Positions 13,025-25,436 of a stretch of DNA of 64,000 bases are shown here, one piece after another. The notes beneath the pieces are model-generated. The model had not been told where the DNA came from. It worked only from the letters and a program-made list of their open reading frames with translations, and did no database searches. The position numbers were made by a program, and so were the translations under genes. How positions within the stretch are numbered: the first letter of the stretch is position 1; each line of letters begins with the position of its first letter. Origin of the DNA: Octopus bimaculoides (taxonomy: Eukaryota); assembly GCF_001194135.2 (NCBI RefSeq), contig NC_068982.1:49880301-49944300 (forward strand), written 5' to 3'.

Positions 13025-14007
13025 TATTATTATTATTATTATTATTGTTATTATCCTTTCTAATATAGACACAAGGCCTGAATTTTTCTCTTTTTTTTTT
13101 TGGTGGTGGGGATGTCAGTCAATTGTATCAAGTCCAGTATTGAACTGGTACTTACTCTATTGACCCTAAAAGGCTGAAAGCAAAGTCAGCCTCTGCGGCA
13201 TTTGAACTCAGAATGTAAAGACAGATGAAATGCTTCTAAGCATATTTTGTTCAATGTGTAAATGATATTGACAGCTCACTGAATAAAATAGGAAAATTAA
13301 TAAACTGAGAGGATATTACAGATTTCTCTTCTCAAATATGTCTTTAAGGACATTATACTTTTTACCTATTAAAAATATCTTACTGGATTTGTAAGATTTA
13401 AAACTCAGAATATATAAGACTTAAGACTCAATCCATTTTAATAATTTTGACAACTTATTTTTCACCAAAACTAAACAACACTGTCAGTACTGACAAAAAT
13501 GTTCTGAAATATATTAATGTCAACCCAGTAGCTAAAGAAGTAATAAACTTTAATAGGTTCTGAAAAAGGAACAAACAACAAGAAGCCCCAGTAATTTTAA
13601 TATCAAAAGTATTTTTAATAAAGAAATGGAGAACTTATGTTCAAACTTACCACAGATGTCAAAAGAATAAACTAAGTTTAATATATTTACAGTTCGAGAA
13701 TGTGTGTGTGTGTGTAACTGAAATATGTTTGCACCACAGTTTAATGTATTTTTTTCCCCCTTATATATAATAAACTTTCTTCATATTTTGTTTCCTTCTT
13801 TAATAAGAAATAGTAATAACATGAGAATCAGCACAAACAAAAATTCTACACCAGGTTTGAATTTTTTTTTTTCTTCTTAGAAAATCAAAGACATTCCACA
13901 TATCAAAGACAACATGATATTCTATACTGAAATCGAAGGAACAACAAAGAAAATTTGACCAACAAAAGAAAGTAAAAGCACAAAGGTTTTAAGTTCAGTT
14001 TACTTAC

Positions 14008-14054
14008 AAATATCATTTTCCAGCCAGTCTAGAGAATCTTTTGATTTCCTCTCT
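14008..14054 (-). CDS. KATNIP: Probable KATNIP linker exon (47 nt, phase 2-1): ERKSKDSLDWLENDI
   Basis: Acceptor tttcttttaattttag and donor T|gtaagt. Only one frame is open, and its end phase fits the exon at 10185-10506. Confidence 0.65.
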
Positions 14055-14331
14055 CTAAAATTAAAAGAAAGTACAGCTGTGTGATTTATCTTTCTCAAAT
14101 TGAATTATAACATACTTTACAATACTTTTGTCACCTACAATTCAGCATCTTTTGTTTTACTCCCAAAGAGGCAGCAGTCAGAGGAATACACTCATGTTTT
14201 CTTTACCCTTGAGTAGTTCTTATACAACATAAAATAATGGCATTATATGTGTTCTCTGTTTTTCTTTTACAGATTTGTGTTAGCAACCAGCTTACTATGT
14301 TTGTTTACCAAGTTGTGTGTGTGTGTATGTA

Positions 14332-14419
<88 letters not shown>

Positions 14420-14721
14420 TAGATAGATACATACATACATACATACAGATATATACAGATATATATATATATATATATATATATTAATATTTATCAGAGG
14501 TAACAGAGTGACTCAAGGTCTGAGAGTTTCATGGATTGGCATGTACTGAACATTTGGTAAGTACCAACACACAAAACTCTGAGACCTTGAGTCACTCTGT
14601 TACCTTTGATAAATATGTACCTATACTCATTTTTTGAGTTCTATTTTCCCTTTTTGCACCAACATACCCCTGTGTGTGTGTGTGTGTGTGCGTGCGTGCG
14701 TGTACATATAGCATGCATATA

Positions 14722-15546
14722 TGAGGTAGTATCAAAAAGTTCCCAGACTAGATCTGCAGCATGCCAACAGATGGCAGTATATGACTGTGTGTGCAGTGAG
14801 AGCTAGCAGTGACCTTCATGAGGCAGTGTACCAAGTGACATTGCTGTGTTTACTTAACAAGTTGTGGAATTTGTGTTTTTATGATCACATGTATGCTGTA
14901 GTCTGTGATTGTTGTCATGGAAAGTAACTTGGAGCAAACAGCCAACGTGAAATTTTGTGTTAAATTTGGGAAGTCTACAATGGAGACATTGAGCATGCTT
15001 TGGCAAGCTTACGGAAAAGAGGCAATGGGTTGTACGGAATGTTTTGAGCAGTATGAGCACTTCAAAAGCAGAAGAACATCCCTAGAAGGTGATGAGTGAG
15101 CTGGAAGACCTGCCACAAGCATCACCCCAACAAATGTGGAGAAAAATCATCAGCTTGTGCATAAGGATTGTCAGAGGACAGTGAGTGATGTCTTAAAGTG
15201 TTTAAGGAAAGACATTCAGTAAAAGCGACCAAATCACTGAGCTCTCCTCACTCATGAGTTTCTCACCAAAGGGAACATGGTATTACTTCCACACCCGTCC
15301 TGTTCAGCAGGGACTTGCATCTCTTCCCCAAGAAGAAAGTGCAGTCAAAGGTCGCCGTTTTAATATTGTTGTCGAAATCAAAAGTGAATCACAGGCCTTT
15401 GACTCACTTACAAAAAACAACTTCCAAGCCAGATTTCAAAGTACTGCTGTGCAAGGTGACTATTTTGAAGGAGATGATGTTAAAACTTAGGTAGATAAAT
15501 TTTTTTTTTTTATTAAACATAACTAGTTCAGGAACTTTTTGATACC

Positions 15547-15552
<6 letters not shown>
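14722..15552 (+). mobile_element. Internally deleted mariner transposon (pseudogenised transposase)
   Basis: TIRs tgaggtagtatcaaaaagttcc and ggaactttttgataccacctta with TA flanks. Fragments EQTANVKFCVKFGKS...AYGKEAM...FKSRRTSLEGDE and KGRRF...VQGDYFEG. Confidence 0.88.
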
Positions 15553-15602
<50 letters not shown>

Positions 15603-16686
15603 CACACACATATTCTTATCAGTTTTCCTTGAGGGTTTACTGCCCATGAGGTCTTAAAACTTTGAATCATATTCTTAGCACACCAATAATTTACAGCAAC
15701 TTTTCATCATGCATTAACTATATAAATATAAATCTTATTCTTCTCTAATCAGCGTATGTATACCTTTGTTTTTCTGTCTCAGAAATATTACTTGATAATA
15801 TATTTTTAGTTCTTCATGAAAGAACAGCCTTAAGTAAAAAGTTTCTAAAATCTTATAGAAGAAAGTAAAAGGTAAAAAGTTATTACTGCAAACAATTGTT
15901 TGCAAAGCAAAATATAATAAGTAAGTATCAAATGAATTGAAGGAGTTCCTGCTAAAATTGCAACCAACTTCTCTGATCAGAGTCTACATCGTAAAAAGGA
16001 AGGACACATTAGACAATGTAGTTCTAGATTTACAGAAGGAGTGGACTGTCTGTTAGAATTCTTTTTACCATTGCTGCTAGTTTAGTTTTCGAAAATAACA
16101 TAAGGCATTAAAGCAAATAACATATTTTGATATACTCATAGTATTCTCACTATATCAACTAGACTATCAGATGCTGTTATACACCACTGATCACAATGCA
16201 CTTCCTTGCACTCTTGTAGCGTTTGAATGATGCCATTCCACTGGCTAGGCAGGCAGGACAACATTCTCCCTCAATGAGGTGCCAATCTGCTGCAGGGTTT
16301 CCAATTTACAACAGAATGGACTGGAACAATGTGAAACAAAGTGTTTTGCTCAAGAATACAATACACTGATGGTCTGAGAATTGAAACCACAATCTCGCAA
16401 TCATGAATGCAACACCCTAACCACTAGGCCGCATGCCTTCACACATGCTTACCACAAGAAATCTTTAACCAATTGCAATATCTGTATGTATCACTATTCA
16501 TGATTAAGAAGTCAGTAGCTTGGCAGAATCATAAGAACATCAGTCAAAATACATGCAGTGTTTAATAACACTGCTTTACAGTTTTAGGTTTAAATCCTAC
16601 TAATATTAACTTTGATGACCATTTTTCTGTGATCAATAAAATATAATACCAGTTAAACATTGGGGCTGATTTCATAGATTAGCATA

Positions 16687-16882
16687 TTTTCCAGCATGCA
16701 AGTCAAATTTTTCAGACCAAAATTTACAACCAAAAGACAAAAGGCTCATTTATACACCAAGATGACATTAGCGGACCAAAATTTCCATGTGAAATGCAGT
16801 AGGATTTGGAAAAATAGCAGTGATATTTGAACACTTACACTATGTTTAGAATCTTTACTATCTTGACTTTTATGCTGGAAAA
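16687..16882. mobile_element. MITE of about 195 bp (same family as 9829-10034)
   Basis: TIRs ttttccagcatgcaagtcaa and ttgacttttatgctggaaaa. Confidence 0.7.
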
Positions 16883-17001
16883 AATGGCATATCTCTTTTG
16901 CAACGAATGCCTTGTACCTATCATACAAAGCATTGTACATTACTTTCCAAAAGACATACTGTTGTGATCTTAGAAATCAGCATACTGTTTTTGATAAATA
17001 A

Positions 17002-17220
17002 CCCTTTAACATTCTGATTACTCTGTCAAATGTAATGTTTATTTATTCTCATTGCTTTATCATTCATTATCTTGTAGCTTCAAGATTTTAACTATGTGGT
17101 TGTTTATTTTTAGGATGTCATTGTAGGGTAGGTATGAGAAGCCAGATCTACCATGGTTTGAACATATAACAACTAGAATATTTGGGCCGGATATGGCTGG
17201 TTTAAATGTTAAAGGGTTAA
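17002..17220. mobile_element. piggyBac-type MITE
   Basis: Ends ccctttaacatt and aatgttaaaggg followed by TTAA. Confidence 0.72.
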
Positions 17221-17560
17221 TACCCTTTACCAAGATAAGTGAAATATATAAAGCATCATTACATCTGCCTCAGGAAATTCCTATTTCTGGAATTACAGGG
17301 TGGTCACTAGAAAAGTGGAAAATTTGTGAAATGCCATTTTATATTTTCACAAGATGTATTTGAGGTAAACAATGGACATCACAAAGTGTGATATCATATT
17401 AACACTCACAAATGTTTAAAATGTTTGATAACAAACAATGAATCAGAAACCACTTATTACACAGTATATTGATGATCTAATTATTGCTCGTTAGTTTTGC
17501 CTTCAAATTTTCTGCTTTCTAGTGACCACCCTGTAGTTACACGCTTTCTCCAACTTACCA

Positions 17561-17669
17561 CTTGGTATCCATGTCACTGGTTCAAAATGTATTCGAAACA
17601 TCAACTGTTTTGATATTAATCAAAACAGTTGAGGTTTCAGATATTTTGAGCCAGAGACAAAGATACAAG
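17561..17669. repeat. Imperfect palindrome with about 50-bp arms (foldback or MITE remnant)
   Basis: Left arm gtatccatgtcactggttcaaaatgtattcgaaacatcaactgttttgat is the near reverse complement of the right arm, with a 4-nt loop. Confidence 0.75.
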
Positions 17670-17779
17670 AACACTTAACTTGAAAATTTACCAGCTAAAT
17701 TTTCTTCAATAGACATTTTTTTTTATCACCTTTGAAATGAGTAGTACATGTCTATATTTGTAATATATTGACAGCAGTA

Positions 17780-18090
17780 CCGCCTGACTGGCTCCTGTAG
17801 GATTTTCGAGCGAGATCGTTGCCAGTGCCCCTGGACTGGCTTGTGCGGGTGGCACATAAAAGACACCATTTCGAGCGTGGCCGTTTTCGTGCGGGTGACA
17901 CGTAAAAGCACCCACTACACTCTCTGAGTGGTTGGCGTTAGGAAGGGCATCCAGCTGTAGAAACTCTGCCAAATCAGACTGGAGCCTGGTGTTGCCATCC
18001 GGTTTCACCAGTCCTCAGTCAAATCGTCCAACCCATGCTAGCATGGAAAGCGGACGTTAAACGATGATGATGATGATGATGATGATGTGC
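17780..18090 (+). mobile_element. Young RTE-3'UTR-type element with (GAT)n tail
   Basis: CpG-retaining copy ending catggaaagcggacgttaaacgatgatgatg. Confidence 0.8.
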
Positions 18091-19185
18091 AATGTACAGC
18101 TGGCACTTGATCATTCATTAAGAATCCTGGTAAGACTTAATGCATAAACTTAATCCTAACAAGGTCTACTCAACAATGAAATATATTTTATATCTTAGGA
18201 GCATATTGTGTAGAAACCATAATGAAGTAAAAGTGATATAATGAAAGTAACATGGTTGGCATGAAAGCCAGTGAAAAACCTCTATCCACAATAGCTACAT
18301 CTTTAAAAGTTTCTGCAAACAAACCAAAGCATATTCTTTTGTCTATGGTTATTGTTACTAATCCTAGGTGTTTATTACTGTATCAGACCTGTGTTTGAAA
18401 TGCAATAAAAGAATAAACTTGTTCTAGACACATTCAGTATGCAAGATTATTGATCACCAATATCTCAAATATTAAGTTGGTCCAAAACCTGTAAGCAATA
18501 GGAAGGATAGCTTGGTAATATAATGGTATGCATTATAAGATATTTCCTAAAATGTCAGTTGATAAATTAGAATTATTAGCTTTAAAATGAATAACTGATA
18601 TAGAACTCAAAAATAATGACCATACTGCAGGAATTTATGAAGTCTTACTTGGATATGAACCTTAACCCCAAACCATAATATTCATCATGTAACAAGTGAT
18701 TGGAATCATTAAAATTCTCAGAGCTGAATAAGAATAGAATCAGCAATTTCACATAAATAGCCAATATACATCATAAAATCATAGTCAATCATTTCAGTTA
18801 GTTGTACAACGCTATAATATCTCTTGTGGGGATACAACTCTCCAACATCTTCGTACAATTAATTTCAGCATGAACACATTATCAGGTCTGATGTCTCGTT
18901 TAAGATAAGTTTAACAAGAAAATGGATTATCTTTTATCCTTTACTTGTTTCAGTCATTAGATTCCTGGGCCAAGCTCTGTGTTGTGTTCTTGAGCAAGAC
19001 ACTTTATTTTCACGTTGCTCCAGTTCACTCAGCAGTAGAAATGAATGAGTTGCAACGTCACTGGTGCCAAGCTGTATCAGCCTTTACTTTCCCTTGGATA
19101 ACATTGGTGGCATGGAGAAGGGAGGCCGGTATGCATGTGTGACTGCTGGTCTTCTATAAAACAACCTTGCCCAGACTTGTGCCTT

Positions 19186-19325
19186 GGAAGGGAGCTTCCA
19201 ACAATTGAAGCTACAACAGATACTCAGCATACAATGGAAAGATCACATTACCAACAATGAGGTTCTTCACCCAACCTCACTACCAAGTGTTGAAGCCACC
19301 ATTCTTCACCATCGTCTCCACTGGG
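19186..19325 (+). mobile_element. RTE/BovB-like LINE fragment
   Basis: Translates as SFQQLKLQQILSIQWKDHITNNEVLHPTSLPSVEATILHHRLHW. Confidence 0.75.
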
Positions 19326-19530
19326 ACTGGCCCTCATGCCAGTGGCACGTAAATGCACCCACTACATTCTCAGAGTGGTTGGTGTAAGGAAGGGTATCCA
19401 GCTGTAGAAACTCTGCCAGATCAGATTGGAGCCTAGTGCAGCCATCCGGTTTGCCAGTCCTCAGTCAAATCGTCCAACCCATGCTAGCATGGAAAGCAGA
19501 TGCTAAACGATGATGATGATGATGATGATG

Positions 19531-19561
<31 letters not shown>

Positions 19562-21086
19562 GTTGTACATTTAAATGTAAACACAAGAAATACTACGTAT
19601 GTATGTATATATGTACATACACAGGCATATATGTATGTACATAAACAGGCATGTGTATGTATGTGTTTCCTTGTCCTGACATTATCGGGTAGTTTGTAAA
19701 TGATTGTCACATAAGCAGAGTTGTCTATTTGCAATATTCTGCAAGAGCATATCTGACCACAGGGAAATATTGCCTTGCTTGGAAATAGATGAGGGTTAGC
19801 CACAGGAAAGATACCCAGCTGAAGGAAATTTGCCTCAGTAATCTTTGTCTGATTGATGCAAGGAAGGAAAAGAAGACATTAAAATGATGATGGTGATCTG
19901 ATGATGAACAATTAAGAAACTGTTTGAAATTAAAACAAAACTGGTGATTAGATTTTACTTCTCATTTTTAGCTGCACATTAAATCTAGTCTCTTGGGAAA
20001 AATGACAATATAAATTGAACTATCCAAAATAATATAAATTATATTCCTAAGTATACACAGGTGAACTTGATTCATTTACATATATCATAACAAACAGTAT
20101 CTGAGTCTTTTAGAAAAGATTTATGACTGTTTCTCAATAGACATGAACTTTTATAAAGAAAAGAAAAGTTACAATCAAAAGTGCAGAAAACTTATTAGCC
20201 AATCTAAAATAAGATAATTTATTAATGAGTTCCATTAATTCTGGGAGATACCATTAGAAGTTAACACTTTCAGATATCCATCATCATCATCATTTAATGT
20301 CCACTTTTCCAAGCTTGCATGGGTCAAACTGAATTTGTTGAGGCAGATTTTCTATAATTAGATGCCCTTTCTGCCACCAACACCTTCACCTGTTTTCAAG
20401 CAAGGTAATAACTTACCCAAACTGGACATGTTTTTCATGGACGAATGAAGGAATGAAGGAATGAATGAATGAATGAAGGAATGAATGAATGAGTTAGACA
20501 AAATTTTTGAATGCAGGTATGGCTGCATGATTGTTAGTTTTAAAATCATTTGGTTTCAGGTTCAATCCAACAGCATGATAATTACTAAAGCTCTCAGTTA
20601 ATGAATCATGTAGCAATTAATTTTTAATTATAAGCTTGATATCTTCCTTAATTTGACTGTAATCAATTATAAACCTTAATGAAAAGCAAAGCTCTCAAAT
20701 TGATTAAACATTGTGCAATTAGTCCTTTATTATTAGCTTGGTACTTTCTAAAGTTTGTTTTTTTTCATTTCTAATGGGATTTAATTTTTTTTCCAGGTTT
20801 CTAATGAGATTTGATTTTTATCACTATATAACTTTGTGTAACACAAAAGTTCTTATAGCAACTTTGGTGAGTGACTTTTACTGTTGCTTCAGGTTGACTA
20901 GTCTTCTGAGTGAAACTGCATAGATGGAAACAGCAATAGTCCACCAAATGAACTGCATCTAATAAGTCACAATCCCTTCACCCTTTCTCTCTATTAGTAT
21001 TAAGATCTTGCAATGATTAGGGACACTACCTTTGCTCTTCTAACAAACCCACAAAAAAAGACTTACAATGCTTAATTACTGGCATA

Positions 21087-21598
21087 TGCTATGAGGGCAA
21101 AATTGTCAGAATATAGTAGTTTCCATGGGCTTCCAATCTTATTCCTTTGTTACGGCCTGCAGGAATCTATGACAGAACAAGAAAAAAAAATTCCAGGTGT
21201 GGAAGCAAAACTTGAAATCAAAAGGTCTTAAAGTTGACCTAACAAAAACAAAGGACTTAGTAAGCAAGAAATCAGACAAGACTATCAGCTTCAGGTAAAT
21301 GCCCCTGCTCAATATGTAGGAAAGTTGAAGGCAAACATTCCATTCAGTGCAGCCATTCAGAGATTCCATTCAGTGAAAGCTACACTTAACACACAAGAGG
21401 TGCAGTGGAATAGTAGGAAGGTTAACAGAGAAATTAGTGTTTGGAAAGTGGTTGGCATAAGGAAGGGCAACCAGTAGTAGAAACCAAGTCAAAAATAGAC
21501 AGTGGAACCTGGTGTGGCTGCTGTCTAAACCAGCTCCTGTCAAGCCATCCAACCCATGCCAGCATGGAAAACGGGCATTAAATAATTATCATTATTAT
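21087..21598 (+). mobile_element. RTE-type LINE insertion with inverted 5' segment and internal deletion
   Basis: Minus strand 21087-21162 gives LQAVTKE and GSPWKLLYSDNFALIA. Plus strand from 21163 gives ESMTEQEKK/FQVWKQNLKSKGLKVDLTKTK...CPCSICRK, followed by the family 3' UTR. Confidence 0.75.
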
Positions 21599-22084
21599 TA
21601 CTTGACTTGACTCAAGATTGGTATTAATCTGGGGAAGATTTATTTAAGTAGTGGTTGACAATCTGTAACCTTAGGTCTTCACATGATTTTATTAAGCCAT
21701 CAAGTGCTTAAAATTCTCTTGATGATTTTTCTTGTTCCTAAGAGGCAACCTTTCTACAGGACATTCCATTCCAGTCTCCGTTATCCATTTGTTTATGTCA
21801 TCACTAACAGTCCCTAATGCACCAATTATCACAGCAACAAGCTTTACAGATTTCATGTCCCAAGTATTATTAAATCATTTGCACACCAGGTGAAATGTTT
21901 AGTGGAATTTCACCCATCTTTACATTCTGAGTTCAAATTTTGCCATGGTCAACTTTGCCTTTCATCCTTTCAGGATCAATGAAATAAGTATCAGTTGAGT
22001 ACTTGAGTCAATGTAATTGCCTTACCCTGTCCCCCTAAATCACTGGTTTTGTGCCAAAATTTGAAATTATTAATATTATTATTT

Positions 22085-22387
22085 AACATCTCAGAGCTCT
22101 CAGTCTTACTTGCTCTAGGTGATTCTGTGAGAGCAGACAGCAACCTGTTGCCAGAGGTCTCACAGGGTCTCTCTCTGCAAATTACAAGCTTTGGTATCTG
22201 GATGTTGACTTACTATGGCAGACACTCAATACCTAAGCACCAATCCAAAAATCCTAGTTGTCTCCTATAGAGCAGTTTTGGGGCCTACTCTGCCCTCATG
22301 TCAATTCCAGTTTCTCTGACATATTTCTTGAATCTGGTAGTTAGTGCTCCAAGTGTCCCTACAATTACTGGAATTACAGTTACTCAC
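22085..22387 (-). mobile_element. R4/Dong-type non-LTR retrotransposon 3' fragment
   Basis: Minus frame VTVIPVIVGTLGALTTRFKKYVRETGID, then a UTR, flanked by (TAA)n. Confidence 0.7.
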
Positions 22388-22395
22388 CTATTATT

Positions 22396-23018
22396 ATTAT
22401 TATTATCATTATTCAGTAGTTTTATTTTTATAACGTGCTTTCACTTCACTACCGAGCGCAGCTCTGTGCGCCTTGGGTATGTGCTGTGGTTTGCTGTGGT
22501 GCTCTTATGTTTACTGTATTGAAAGTGTTTTGCGTAGAATGTGTGCAGTACCCAGTAGTGCAATTTTCTGTATGTTATATATATTTGTAAGTCCTGGTGT
22601 TTTTGTTATGTATTTGTCTGAATATTTTTTTATTATACCTAAGGCACCTACTATGATAGGAATTGTTTCTGTTTTTAGATTCCACATTCGAGTTATCTCT
22701 ATTTCCAGGTCTTTGTATTTTGAAAGTTTTTCCATTTCTTTTAGAGAAACGTTGTCATCTGCTGGTATTNNNNNNNNNNNNNNNNNNNNNNNNNNNNNNN
22801 NNNNNNNNNNNNNNNNNNNNNNNNNNNNNNNNNNNNNNNNNNNNNNNNNNNNNNNNNNNNNNNNNNNNNNNNNNNNNNNNNNNNNNNNNNNNNNNNNNNN
22901 NNNNNNNNNNNNNNNNNNNNNNNNNNNNNNNNNNNNNNNNNNNNNNNNNNNNNNNNNNNNNNNCTCCACATATTCTACAGTTACTTGTTATATTTCTTTT
23001 CATTATGTGTTTTTGGTA
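22396..23018 (-). mobile_element. R4/Dong-type non-LTR retrotransposon 3' fragment spanning an N gap
   Basis: KHIMKRNITSNCRICG (CCHC start), gap, then IPADDNVSLKEMEKLSKYKDLEIEITRMWNLKTETIPIIVGALG...QKIALLGTAHILRKTLSIQ and stop, with a (TAA)n tail. Confidence 0.85.
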
Positions 23019-23219
23019 ATTTCTGGTGGGGAGGCTTTGGTCTTGTGCAGCAATTAAAAATCTGCCTCAACAAATTCAGTTTGACCCATGCAAGCTTGGA
23101 AAAGTGGACATTAAATGATGATGATGATGGATATCTGAAAGTGTTAACTTCTAATGGTATCTCCCAGAATTAATGGAACTCATTAATAAATGATCTTATT
23201 TTAGATTGGCTAATTAAAA

Positions 23220-23262
<43 letters not shown>

Positions 23263-23477
23263 GTGGTGGTGAGCCAGCAGAATGGTTAGAATGCTGGGCA
23301 AAATGCTTCACAGCAATTTGCCTGTCCTTACATTCTGAGTTCAAATTCTGCCGAGGTCAACTTTGCCTTTCATCCTTTTGGGGTCAATAGAATAAGTACC
23401 AGTTGAACACTGAAGTCAATATAATTGACTCATACCCTCCCCCAAAACTTCTGTCTTGTGGCAAAATTTGAAGCCAC

Positions 23478-23519
<42 letters not shown>

Positions 23520-24843
23520 GAATGTGGCGAGCTTAGCAACATTTTGTCCATCGCTATGTTTTAAGTTAAAATTCTGCTGAGGTCAATATTGCCTTTCATT
23601 CTTTCAGGGTCAATACATTAAGTACCAGTGAAACATTGGGGTCGATGTACTTGACTAATTTCCTCTCCTAAAATTTCAGGCATTGTGCCTTTAGTAGAAA
23701 GGATTATTATTATCATTATTATTATTTTCTGTCTTTTTGTGTTTTACTGTGTATACTGTTCATGCACTTTTGGCTTTCATTACTGTCTTTCTTACTTGGC
23801 ACATTGCTGCTTTCTGTCTCCTCTATGACCTTTTCCCAACAAGTTCTAGTAAACCTAAAGTGTACCCACAATATGCTCATTATTCTAACTATTATATATT
23901 TCACCAGAGTTAACATTCTTCTTCTAGCAGCATAGCAAAATATAATAGCTGAGAACTTAAAGTACTGGTTTCTAAACAGAAGGGTTATGAGGCCATACTC
24001 AACCTTTGGTACTGTACAATACTCTAAGTAAGGCTTTGAGGACCCCACTTTCTCCAGAGTGATGTATATTTTAAAACGTAATCTAACACAGAAATGTTGC
24101 CTTAAACACAATACAAATTAATGAGAAGTTTTGTACAGTATGATGTTATACAGTGCAAAAACATCAGATCCAATCAGAAAGAGAAAAAAAATGAAAGAAA
24201 ATAAAGGACTAATTGCAAGGTTTTAATTATTTTGAGAGCTTTACTTTTTACTAGGACTTTTAATTAATCACAGAAAAATTAAGGAAAATATCAAGATTAC
24301 AATAAAAAATTAATTGCAACATAATTCGTTAATTGAGAACTTTAGTAATTACCAACAATTATAATTAATCACAATATTGTCCCTATAAATGACAGTCCAT
24401 TTCACAGAACCAGTAGAACAGTAATGATAACAGACATACAAACTGTCCAGTAATCCTCTAATTGTAGTAACATCTTTTTTATTTCATTGCTGATGAATTT
24501 AACCCTCAAGTGATTTCCTATCAATGATACATTTAACCTTAAAGTTAACAGAGCATTTTAATCTTTTTCAAAGTAATTATTCTCCAACTGAGTACAAAGG
24601 TAGAATGGAGAAATTGGAATAATTCACAAGAGAATTTTCGAGCTAGAAGCATATTTTCTAATGAAATAGACTGTTCTTGTTATTCAGTTATTTTTTGAAA
24701 AATAATCAAGACTTTGGAAGGATTCATAAGGATAATGATAATAAAAGAAATGATAATTAATGCTTTCCTTTATAAGTTGACCGTTGGAACATAACACACA
24801 CACAAAAAAAAAAAGATTTTTACAGAAAATTATGATGGCAGGT

Positions 24844-25436
24844 TTAACCCTTTAGCATTTAACTGGCTGTTGAACTGGATTGGATTGAATTGGATTACCC
24901 ATGTTCAGTCCACTGCAGAACAAAGATCTCAGCATGTTCCTTCCACCAACCATGGTCGGATGTGGAGATCATACGGGTTCGATGAGCCTACTCTGTCACA
25001 ATGGCACAACATGGCTTGGCAGAGGGGTGCAAATTTTATACCTCATACCCAGGAGTAAGTTAAGTCAATTGCATCAACTCTCTGTGCTCAACTGGTACTT
25101 ATTTTAACAACCCCAAAAGGATGAAAGGCAAAGTTGACCTCAGCAGAATTTGAACTCACGTAAAGACAGACAAAATACCGCTAGGCATTTTACCCAGTGT
25201 GCTAATGATTCTGCCAACTTGTCACCAAGCAAGCCATAATCAATCCAAATATTCTACTTGTTTTATGTTCAAACCAGCCAAATAACCTCTTGCCCCAACC
25301 TTACAATATCGTTCTGAAAATAAACAATCATATTATCAAAATCTTGAAACCATGAGATAACACACAACAAATTCAGAACAATGTGAATAAAGAACTATTA
25401 CATTTGACAGAGCAGCCTGAATGCCAAAAGGGTTAA
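24844..25436. mobile_element. piggyBac-type MITE interrupted by a nested insert that includes a family A SINE
   Basis: TTAA followed by ccctttagcatt at 24844, and aaaggg followed by TTAA at 25433-25436. Confidence 0.65.

Noticed and set aside
16839-16874. Apparent 36-nt exon HKSQDSKDSKHS with good AG and GTAAGT sites
   Set aside because: The acceptor is the TIR of the MITE at 16687-16882, which has a sister copy at 9829. Without transcript evidence it is more likely a chance site.
23722-24111. 129-aa minus-strand ORF, including a GLLELVGK stretch in another frame that recalls KATNIP
   Set aside because: That frame stops after two more codons and no consistent splice pair was found.
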